Of a stretch of DNA of 64,000 nucleotides, positions 27,281-38,400 are shown piece after piece. The notes beneath the pieces are model-generated. The model did no database searches. It was given only the letters and a program-made list of their open reading frames with translations, and had not been told where the DNA came from. Position 1 is the stretch's first letter, and each line of letters starts with the position of its first letter. Origin of the DNA: Lophium mytilinum (lineage: Eukaryota); the NCBI GenBank assembly GCA_010093605.1, contig MU004184.1, positions 1,994,801 to 2,058,800 of the forward strand. The letters are read 5' to 3'. The translations under genes were made by a program, and so were the position numbers.

Positions 27281-27520
27281 GGCTGCGGGAGATTACTTAT
27301 TAGTCCTTTAGTTATTTTAGTTACAAGTTAGCTTTAGCAATAGTATTTCACGCAGATGTAGGTTACGCAAAATTCATTAATTAGTTTAGTAGAGATTTTG
27401 AAATTAGAGCTATCTTAAGGGTGCGTTAAGCGCAACCCGTGTTAGACAACCTTTAGTTAGGTCAAGAGCGCAATTTAGCGCACCTACGAAGCAAGAGAGA
27501 CACAGAGAGAAAGAGTCGAC

Positions 27521-29069
27521 CTACTTCTTCAACTTAGCCTTCCCCTTCTTTTTCTTGTCCTTCTTAGACTGCAGCTTGCTGTCCTCCTTTACTTTCTTAC
27601 CCTTCTCGTCCCCTTTCTTAATGTCCGCTGACGGTACGTACTTTTGAGCCACCTGCTTAATCCAAGGTTTCTTACTCTTACCTATACCTTGGGCACAGTA
27701 GGCTGCTGACGCCGTTGTACAATCCCAGATTGAATGCCCTGCCGCTCCACATCCACTGCACTCCTGAGTTCCCCCAGTGATCATTAGATGCTCCGAGTTC
27801 CCAAGCTGAATTTGCTTCCCATGCCAGCGAACAGGCTCTTCGAAACGTACGGTGACCGCTCCGTAAAATGCGCCTTGTCCTTGCTTTTGGCAGATCTTCT
27901 TAACTTTGAAGCCAGGGCAATTTGACTTGTGGGCGTGGAAGTAATTGATTATACCCTTGCGGATATCCTCCTTCCTATCTTCTGGGAAGACAACCGTTGC
28001 TAGGTTCCAGACTGTCGGTGGTTTTCCTGCTAAATCCTTGTTCCCAAACTCTTCGACTTTAACCGGGTGGTAACGTTCGCTGTCAGAGGCCTTATCGGAT
28101 CCGCTGCCATGGTGGTTGCCATTTTCGCTATCAGAGCTGGAGCTATCAGCGTCGCTTTGGTCGTCATCGCTGGAGTCCGAGATCTCGAGAGCAGCAGGGG
28201 CAGGCCTGGGGGTTAGTCCACCCGCGTCAGTCATCGCTTCTTCTTTCACCTGCGCAGCATTGTTTTTAGCCTGCCCGTTGATCGCAGTATGAATCGGAGA
28301 TGGTTCGAGAGTAGTGTCCCGCCTGATTCGACGCAAATCGCTACTCTCATCAAGTGCAGGAGCAAACAAACCGGACCCTGTGGCGATGTTGTTGCTCTGA
28401 TCAGCGACGCCATCTCGAAGGCTTGCAAAAGCCTTGGCTATGCGATCAAAAGCGTGGTAGTCGGACTCGTTCGGCTGCGTATAGAGCCGATGTGTTGCGG
28501 CTGTTACAGCCGCCAACCCAACCTCAGCCTTTTCAGGAGTGTCTAACTGTTTGGCCAGAAGCCAAGCGGACTTGTCGATCAACTCCCGCTCTATAACTTC
28601 CCGAGCGCGCTGCATTCTCTCTTCCGACGCTCCATGGGCTACCATCTGGGCTATAATAGTATCTAAACTGAGCTGGTTCAGTACGTCCGGAGGAAGTGTT
28701 ATGTTGATGAGACCCTGCACCGCTTCCTTGTAGAGCTCGTCATCTGGGAATCCACGACATAGGTATTTGACATAAAAGCTCATTTCCGCTGACGAGGTCG
28801 TTATGGAATTGATCGCATTGGGAGGGAAGTAGGGATCCGCATCGCCTCTGAAAACCGATCTGCTTCTTTGTGCAGTGCTGGTTCTTGTGGGTAGGTCGAC
28901 ATGGCGTCCGGGTGTTAGCTCATGGGAGCTCTGTTGTCTCGCTCGCACATTGCGGGATGGTCCGGCCTCCGTCGGAGAGAGCGATCGGGCCTGGCTCTAT
29001 CAGCATCCATGTGAGGCATTTGGGGGAGACAGCGCGACATACCCTTCTCTTTCCAGTCGCGGGTGTCAT
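27521..29069 (-). CDS. Paralog A: family N-terminal domain fused in frame to a LINE ORF1-like CCHC zinc-knuckle region
   Basis: Intact ORF. N-terminal SVFRGDADPYFP...YKEAVQGLINITLP...WLLAKQLDTPEKA is shared with paralogs B and C. C-terminal CSGCGAAGHSIWDC (Cx2Cx4Hx4C) and a Lys-rich tail lie directly upstream of LINE ORF2. The 5' exon MTPATGKRR is tentative. Confidence 0.8.
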
Positions 29070-29655
29070 AACTATCCGTGGAGGGGCACACCAACATGCG
29101 GCAGCCGTGTACTCAATCGGAGGAGGGGCGAGGGCCAATGCTCCAGGTGAGAGTTGTTTTTAGCCGATGTCTGGGTTTGAGCTATTCCAGATGATGGCTG
29201 GCGACGTGGTTTTGAGGTTGTTGCAGGCGCGTAAGTTTCTTGATGTCGGAGAAAAGATCGCTCCGGCGCATGAGCAGGTGCTTAACTGCAATCACACTCA
29301 GGGCCATCTTAACCGATACAAGAAGTGAGATTCCGCTTAGCTGGGCGCAAGGCGCTCCAGAGTCTCACTTTTTATGACGGTGAGCCTGACACTCTTCCGT
29401 ATGCATGTTTTTACATAGGACAAACATCACGCATTATAACCATGTTCAATATCAGAGCAGAAAGAAAGATTGATTTCTGGGTGTCGCTAAACTCCAAAAT
29501 TGACAACAGAATGCTATCAACCATGGTTATCCACGAATTATCCAGCCCCTGCAGAAGGCAAAGGATCCAGAAGAATTTGGGCGAGGCCACAAAAGTCCAT
29601 CCAGAAAGCCCAGAAGAAGGCAATCCTATGCACACTCTACTTCACTAGTGCCTGC

Positions 29656-31398
29656 TCAATGAGCCCAAAGAAGGCCTGAGACTTCCTCCCACTCGATCAC
29701 ACAGGGGAGTCCTCGCTGGTGGTGTCTGATCCAACGAATAGTGACTCGCCCTTGCGGGGAGCGTCTGCAACATGTGTCTGAGCATTTTGCACAACACCAC
29801 GTTCTCGTCTTGTGCGGTCTGGTACCGGAGTCGAACCTGCAATGCTTAACTTCTGGTCGAGTTTCATCTTCTCCGCGTCATTTCCGCGGTCCAGTACCTG
29901 TGTGGTTTTGATGCTTGTCTTTGGCTTTAGAAGGTGCGTAGTTGCCTTGAGTTGTCTCTTAACATCTGTGTGGGTGCTCAAAGAAGCCTTGTCATCTTGC
30001 AGCGTGTAATCCCGCATTGGAGTGTCGTGCCTAGTTTCTGTGTAATACTCTTGCTCCCTTTTAGACTGGTACTTCCTACGCTCTAGCTCGTTGGCGATAT
30101 TGTCATCTCTCAGGTGCCCTTGCTTTGTGTCGGAGCAGTGATTTTCATGCTGCATCGCGCGTATTTTCCCGTCACCTGTATGAGACTGCTGCTCTTTTTC
30201 AGGATGATGACTTCCACGTTGCACCGTCAGGGCCCTCTCGCTCTTCTGTTCCGTGGTACCGTCAAAGGGGGGGTTCTCCTCCTTAGCTAGAAGCAGCATT
30301 CTCAAATCTCCAGAGAGGAGATCTCTATACTGGGAATTCCAATCATCCACGTCTTCCTCTGACAGTTCCTTCCACAATATTCCGATTTTATTGATGAGCT
30401 CTTGATACGTAGCTCCTTTCTTCATGCTCCGTCTGACTAAGGGCAACGCATGGCGGGAAAATAGGTGACGAGGCTTCTGGATCCTCTCTAGAATCTTGGC
30501 CAATGTTAATTTAGCGGTATAGCCAACATCCCAAATAGCTTTCTGCTCGGTATCGGGTCTTTCGACAGGATTGTTCGGTTGGACGGTCTTACTACGACTA
30601 TGCTCTTCACGGTTAGAAAACTCGATATCCATAGGATCGATTTGGGGAGTTTGCTCTTGGGATTTAGAGCGCATCGAGGGTTTGATCATAGTACCTCCCT
30701 TGACTACAGCATGATTGTCCGGAGGATGGCCAAAGTCCGAGACCACAGCATCGAACATCGCTGGAGCGAGTTCTGTCCCGTGTACCTGATGACTCCGAGC
30801 GATAATTGTCTGGATCGCTATCTGCGCCTTTTGCGGAGTATCCAGCTGCTCAGCCAATAACCAAGTAAGCCTGTGGACCATTTCCTCCTTGGCTACCTCG
30901 CGCATTGCTTTGGTCTGGTCTGACGTAGCGCCGTTCGCCAACATCTGGCTCTCGATTACGTTAACTCCGATCTCATCCAGCACCCTTGCTGGAAAACATA
31001 TCTTCAACAGGCCTTGGATAGCCTCTTTGAACTTGTCATCCCTAGGATTTTCTTGGCAAACGAACTTGAGCCGATGTTGCCACTCATCGTCGGAGTCTGG
31101 TACTGTCTCGTCGGCTCCGAACGTTGACTGCTCATCGGAGCCTTCTTGAAGTCGCTTCGCGCCAACATTTCTCGCAGTTGAAGACTGAGAACGGTCCTAC
31201 AAGGGTCAGAAATGCTTGGATCGAGATGATGTGTCTGCGCTTACTTCTCGCTTTCGTTTTGCTGGGACCTGGGCCTATGTGTGGGGTTAGATTAGCCGGT
31301 AGCCTCCTGACTGGATTTCGGAACACGCGTACCTCCATCCTGCCGCGTCCAGGTTTTGATCCGCCGGAGCCACCTCTGCGGGCCGTCCAGGACGCCAT
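29656..31398 (-). CDS. Paralog B: N-terminal family domain plus HMG-box-like domain; last exon apparently frameshifted
   Basis: Exons MASWTARRGG...RME|AQVPAKRKRE|DRSQ...FKEAIQGLLKICFP...WLLAEQLDTPQKA...ELINKIGILWKELSEEDVDDW. Terminal VIEWEEVSGLLWAH* lies in a shifted frame. Confidence 0.75.
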
Positions 31399-32113
31399 CT
31401 TGACTAGAAAGGCACAGTATCCTGCGTCTGGCTGATGTTGTGAAGGTGTAGAGATTCAGGGTCCGAGGACGTGATTTAAGGTTATCGAGATCAACGTTCG
31501 CTTAGATCCCGCTCGTTAGCGCGACACGCGCTCACGTGCGTCACTTCACTATGACGGGCATGGAAAAGTTGGCACTCAATCTTATCCTTGGAAAGCCGCG
31601 ATGGATGTGTGCGTGTGTATGTTATTACTCAGGTTCTTCGAAGGGTTTTCAGGAATGTGAGCGGGATGGGAGCTCGTGACTTTGGGCTATTTGTAATGTT
31701 GTTGAAGCACTTGAGCAGTGTTAGACACGTGTATTCTAAACGAGACAGCATGCTTACTGAGTGTGCAACTTTTCTAAGCTCAGCGTGAGTGGGAAACCCT
31801 CGCGCGTGGGCTTATGCCACGGTAGACACAGTAATCGACTGTCTAAAGTTCTTCTCGGCCAAACTTCGAGTCTCTATTTTCATGCTTTTATACTTCCCCC
31901 ACGTGCATGGATGTTATGAGTCGTTGATGTGGCTGTTTAAATACTTTCCATCCAACGTATTCCCAAACACAACACAAGTCGCGCCAGCCAGTTGGCGTCA
32001 TACGATAAAGATCTTCGACAAGGAGGATCCGCACTCAGACTATCCTCGAGGTTTTGGAAGATGACTAAAGACAGGGATGCCGTATGCTGACGCCCGGCAC
32101 CTTTTGCTTAAAC

Positions 32114-34431
32114 TCACCACTTGAGACCAGAAATGGCCTCCCACTCTTGAACCAAGTCACATTGCTTGAGCTCAAGGAATCTGTCTCTGTACCTGAACAC
32201 AATAGGCCTGACTCTCATCTCAAGCCTGAAACCTAAAGAACTGCCAGCACAGTCGCGAAGCACAGAGAAGATGCTGTCCCTGATCTTGCTGCGAGCACCG
32301 AACTCGACTTCGTAATTCTAGGAAGAAAAGTGAGTTTCAAAAGGCGTGACAGACCGTTAAGAAACTTTTCGTACCATTGGGTGCATTCTATTCCGAAATG
32401 CGTTACAGACGAAGTCTCCTACTGCGATAGCAGTCGCTGGAGTGAGAGCTGGACCGTTGAGGAACAATAAGTCTGTTACTGGGGTCGTGTCCTAAGATAT
32501 CTTGGATCAATGCTTGCCACATCAATAAAGATGAACGCTATACTCACCATCCGAAGGACCGAAAACATGACGGGATGTTGCCATAGCTCAGGGAAAGCCT
32601 TCGGGTTGACCGCGATCCAGTATTGAAGGTCCCGCTCGATGTCACTCCGAGCTTTCTTAGAATCGACAAGGTATGTAGAAGTCAAAGCTTTCATAGTGCG
32701 GGGACGCACACTTGCTTTTGTCATCCGATAGCAGATTTTATCGGGAAAGCTGATAGATGCAGTCTACGAAGAGTGAGTCATCGAACGTCTCTTTGAGGAA
32801 TATTTGAGGGGTTACCTCTTCCGGAATGCGCTGGGACAGCCACGGCAGCAGTGCCCTCGTAACATCCTCTGGTTGATCCCTAGGAAGCTCTGATGTGCCC
32901 CAGAAAAGATCAACGACTGGGGGTTCGGTGTTCTGGAGACGCTCTGATGCCGGTCCCCTTGGTACATCTGCATGAGGATTTACTGTGACTGATTTTCTGG
33001 ATGCACTTAGAGGAACATTCACAACTACTGAACCTCTTGTCGCGTCTGTGGACGCATTCGAGTGGGATTTTGTTGTACCGTCCTGCTTAATTATCGATGC
33101 AGTACTACGCAGTGTAGATGAGTTGGCATCTATATTGGGCTCGCGCTTTATCTTAACATCTTTTCTTCCATTATGGGCATTGTTTCCACGTTCTGAGGGC
33201 ACTCCGGCTTCGCCATCACTAGGTGCTGGAGGGCTGCTTGAATCCTTGGAGAATACGAGCATGGATGAATCACCACTTAGAAGCCGTTTGTAGCTGAGAA
33301 TCCAGCTCTTGCGCTCTTTTTCGGTCAACCCTTTCCACCGACGACGGATCTCAGCTGTAAGATCTTCATAAGGTGTGTTGTCCTCCATATCCTCTCGAAC
33401 CACAGGGAGAGCATGATAAGCGTAGAGATGGCGATCTTTCTTGAATATCTTCGGTATGTCTTCCTTTGAGAGATCCAGAGGAGTTTCAATGTCCCAGCAG
33501 GCTTTCTTTCTGTTCTGAAGGCTGTGCGTTTGGGCAGAAGACGAGACTATCTCCTCTTGAATGGATGGACGCCTCTTGTATTGATTTTCTGGAATGATTA
33601 TGCTGGTTCGGGGTCTTGTTGGAGGTCGTTCTGGGGACCGAGAACGAATTGGGAGTTGTGTACTCCCTTCCGCATCGACGCGACCAGCTCGATCCCCTAG
33701 AGTCTGGCCCCGAAGCTTCCGGAGTTCTTTAGCTAGGCTCCCAAATCCGTTTTCCTCATTCTTCTGGCCGTGTCTGTGGTTGCTTGCGTCAACGATGGAG
33801 GTGATAGTCTCCCTCGCCTTATCAGGGGTGTCGAGATATTCAGCCAAAACCCAGATCAGCCGGTGTATAACCTCTTCTCCGGCTAATTTCCGCATAGAAT
33901 CAACCCTCTTTTCGTTTGCGCCCTTTTCTCGCATTTTCCTTTCAATGTCCGAAATCTCGTCGGACACAAAGCCTGATGGGAAGCTCATTTGTAAGATTCC
34001 TTGCAACGCTCTCTTGAATATAGTGTGATTTGGGTCCGTTGTACAGAGGACGTCGAAACGGAAAGACCATTCCTCAGACTCTGGTAGAGCTTTTGGGGCA
34101 GTAATGCTGGAAGGGCAGTAGGGGTCATCATCGCCTCGGAAAATGGACTTTGCTCGCTCGAATGAAGACCGGCCGGGATCGCTCGGGGCGTTAGGAGTTT
34201 CCAGGTTTCGTTTGGCTCGAATATTGGGGTGAGTTGTGGGTTCAGGTTGTTCCTTCATAAGTCAGTAACCTCCGATCTCAGATTTCGGGATATCGTACCG
34301 TTCGTTTTCGCTTGCCGTTCTGCGTCTGTTTGATTGTGTGTCAGTAAAGACAATGTGAGCCTAGAGAAGCTTCGTACCTGAGATCCGTTCTTGAGGGGCG
34401 TTTTCGAGCCCCCTCTCGCCGGGGTTGCCAT
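32114..34431 (-). CDS. Paralog C: apparently complete member (N-domain, HMG-box-like domain, duplicated C-terminal module), ~6 exons
   Basis: MATPARGGSK...SQ|TQNGKRKRT|EQPE...SIFRGDDDPYCP...WVLAEYLDTPDKA...EIRRRWKGLTEKERKSW...PPVVDLFWG...PEE|TASI...NPKAFPELW...LRM|DTTPVTDLLF...PM|NYEV...LVQEWEAISGLKW*. The introns are GT-AG and keep frame. Confidence 0.82.
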
Positions 34432-35411
34432 TGCTGAGGCAGGTCAGGCAGTGTCAAGTTAATTGGAGGGAGGACGTTGACATTGACTCCAGTCAAGTTG
34501 GTCCAAGCTGTCTCAAAATTCGCTTACATAGAAGTCTAGCGTACCAGGGGTGAAACGAGATCTCGGTGACACGTGGGGGGTGAAAAAGTGACACACTCAT
34601 TAAGCACTCTGTTAGGCTTCGTTGCACTTGAAGTAGTAGGCCGGCACCGTCTAAGGTGGTCTGGTGAGATATCAGCCTTTCCAAAAATGTCGTTTCACCG
34701 GTTTTTGTAATGTATTCTACCAGAGAACTTCAAACAGTACCAGGAAAGTGTAATGACAGTTTGAAGTAGGCATATGTATAACAGAACATAGGAAGCTTTG
34801 GAAATGAATCCCAGAATCGTAAAATGGCAATTAGTGTGCAAGATAGCCTGTTTGTCTTCTGCCACAGCTTCAAGTGCTTCAAGAAGTTTCACATAGAATA
34901 GCTCAAGCATCGAGGTGAACAGATTCTATCCTATTTAGATTTGCGAACAAGCATTGAAGCAGTGACATACACGCGTATACTCTCATCGCGGCGTGTTCAA
35001 CACAAGAGTGCCACTCTCCCTTATGCCCTTTGTGGATTCGACGCGTAAAATTCCCGGATTGCGGATTCGCGCCTCCACGTGCTGATGGAATTGATGAAGT
35101 GAGGGGTCTAGAGAGGAATGAAGTGGCTCTTACCTGTTGGCGATTTTTATGTGAATGAGCATTGGGGACACAAATGAAGTCTCTGTCGTAAATTTCATCC
35201 AGTCGAGCCAGAATATCTCTATATATTTTTCTTGCAGGGATGTGGTCGAAAATATCCGCTAGTGAGAGAGCTTCTCTTAAGCTTCGAGCTCCATCACTGA
35301 ACACCCCCGCTCGTGTCCTCTTCACCCACTGCGTCGCTATGCAACCCTGGCCTCATGTCCTCCTCCTGCGCAATATCCGACAATCTATGAAGCCCTGACG
35401 CCGTCTTCACC

Positions 35412-38400
35412 ATGCGCCTGATCGTGCAGGTCCTCCCGCTGGCCGCGGGCCCTTCGAAATCTCTCGTTGCGCGCGGCCGCGTCCCGAGTCTCCCTCAAAA
35501 GCCGGACAAATTCACGATACCAGTCAACCCGGACCACACTTTTGAGCAGATATGGGGTCTAGTAGAGACCCGATACAAGAGGAATTACTTGACGGACGCG
35601 CAGGCTGCGTATGTTGCTAAGCTCCGACGTTGTTTGCCAGGAACACGCGACTAACGATCTCTACAGGACGTTCACAATCAAGAAAATCCAAGATGCGTAC
35701 AATTGCGATCTAGACCTAGGAGACACGGTGGGCGCAATCTTTGAGGGCGAGAAAGATCAGGAAAAGATCATGATCCAGGTTATCCAAGCCGCCATTGACA
35801 GGGACATCTCCATCCTACCGACCTCCAATCTTCGACCGCAATCGGCGCACAAGAGGCTACTAGATTTCCAGAATTCAAGCTCGAACAAGCGACGGCGCAT
35901 TGAGGAGCAGCGTTATGGGACACCCCTTGAGAATTTGCATCCAGACACGCCAGTTCAGACTTCTGAAGGAGATACTCAGACCGAACGACTAGGGAAATCG
36001 AACAATCACAACCATCGCCATCGCCATCGCCCAGCTGGAGGAAGAAGGTCGCGCTCAGTTTCATCAAATTTCGTTGTCCAGGATTCCCAAGTTGACTTCG
36101 CAAGCCATGGAAACCATATAGCTGAGAAGCCCTCAAAGAGCCAGTCCCCGCAGCCGGACGCCCTATCTCAACAGTCTGTTCCAGGGTCTATTATGGAACA
36201 CCTCGCGAGTTCCTCTCCAAGGACTAATGGAATTGAGACTGGAACTCCGCAGAGTCGATTCCTGAAGCCGTCCCTTCCAGCATCGCTTCTGAGGGGCAAC
36301 CCGCCAAGGTCCGGACAGCAGGCTCCCCTGAAAAGGAAAGCTGGGGGTTCAACTCTGATGGATGACGAGATTGAGGATCTTGATGCCATGGATGGGGGTG
36401 AAGACGCGATGCAAGAAATGGAATTTGGAAGCCAAGAACACCACGATGATTCTCAGCATCAACATGCAGGTCAACTTCCATCCAACCCGTACGGGTCCCA
36501 CGCCTCCACCCCTGAAGTCGTTGAGCGAGCTCCATTGCTCGTCTCAAATCGTAGGCGTTTGGATAGTGTGGGTGTGTATGACCGGATCGTATCTCCGGAC
36601 GAAGAAAGACTGTTTGGGGGTATACATAAACGCGTAACCACATATGGTCATGCTTCCCGCACTCCAAGGGCTATTTCCAAGCAGACTCCAAAGCCCAAGC
36701 CACAGTCAACAGCGCTGAGAAGTAACAATTCTACAAAGCCTTTGACGGAGTTTTCTATGCAGAGAGAAGACCAGACAGCGGAAGCCCCAGAAGCCCAGTC
36801 TCCTCAGACGTCGCGTACTGGACCATCATTGTCGATGTCTAATTTAGTCAGCGCTGTGAAGGAAAAGCAACGACGGCGAAGCACGGATAGTAGTCAAAAC
36901 TCTCCTGAAATCCAGAGGCGGACGCCAATTGCGGAATATTCAGTAGAGAGTCCACTATCGGTCACAAGTGGGCAAACCACCCCGGGAAAAGTATCAACCC
37001 TAAAGAAACCATCGAAGACTTCTTACAACCTGATGACTCCGCACGGTAAAAAACCAGGAGCCGGCAAGACGTCAACAACTCGGAAGCGGAAGGATATGTC
37101 CGAGAAGAGTAAAGCTAAGCTAAAGGAGAAAGAGGAGGCGGGGAAGAAGATAAATGACGGCAAAAGGAAAAGAGAAGAGGACGCAGAGCGCAGTCTATCC
37201 AGAGATGATTCTGTTCGTGCATCGCAAGATGGTGATAACCGTAGTCGAGCTACCCCATCATCCGCAAGGTTTATCAACAACCGCGTCATGGAACCTAAAC
37301 GCAAGTCTTGCGACACGTGTCACGCACGGAAGGAAGAGTGCGACGGAAAGGAACCATGCAGTTACTGTGTAAAAAACGGGCTAGGGCCATGTCTTAATAG
37401 CAGTGCGTTGTCATTCACACTGTCACAGGCGCTTTCAAGATCAGTCACACCGATCACCCCTGTACCAAATCGGCAAACCACTATCCCCTTTCCACGCGAC
37501 AAGGGGAAGGGAAAGCTAGCTGATTCTTCCCCTAATTTAGCACGCGATGCCACCAACGAGCTCAGCAACGCTGTCAGAGCTTCCTCCTCCGCCGTGACTA
37601 AGAGCAAAAAGATGTCACAGCCGCAGGACAAGAGTTTTGTTGCAAAATCAAGCCCACTTGCTTCAAGGCGCGAGTCCGAACAGCTGGCTATTGAAACAAG
37701 CGAGTCACTCAACCGAGTCAACCGGCACAATAACAAGGCGGGGCCATCAAAGACAATGGGAAGCACGAAGGACCTGCGTGACTACCTGAACGAGCGCGAG
37801 GCGTCTCAGTCGGACAATCAATCTCCCAACCCGACTGCTTCAACTGCCACTCCAGCTTCAACTCAAGAAGTCATACCTCAATTTTTGGGAGAGCCCGAAG
37901 AAGGGTCTCCTGTAATAAATCCTGCGAAAGTAAATGAGAGTGCACCATCGGGCTCGGTCTCCTCTTTCCAAAGCTCTACTAGACGATCTGTGTCGTTCCA
38001 AACAGACATTGAAATCTCAGAAAAGCCGACCCTTCCAACTCCTAAGCCAGCGAGCGCCCTAGGAATATTGAAAAACGCTTCCGTCAAAGGCCGAACTTTG
38101 ACCACTCCAGCACGTCGACTTGTAAATGGCATGTCATCGCAAAAGCAGCCTCCAGGTACTACACCCTCGAGAGCTTCGAAAGCCGACAAGAACGTTGCTC
38201 CTAGTCTTTCTGGTCTGAGCAGGACTCCTTCACAAGAACCTAGTGCCATGCGACGAAAACTGTTACACGTCGCCATTCCTGCTGTCTCTATTCCCGATGT
38301 TAAAGCGCAGCAAGAAAGAATCCTTGCAAGGCAGCAGTCCGCCTCCTTAGATGCCGAAACAAGACCTGCTCAGGCGACTCTCAGTGACGAAGCAACTGTT

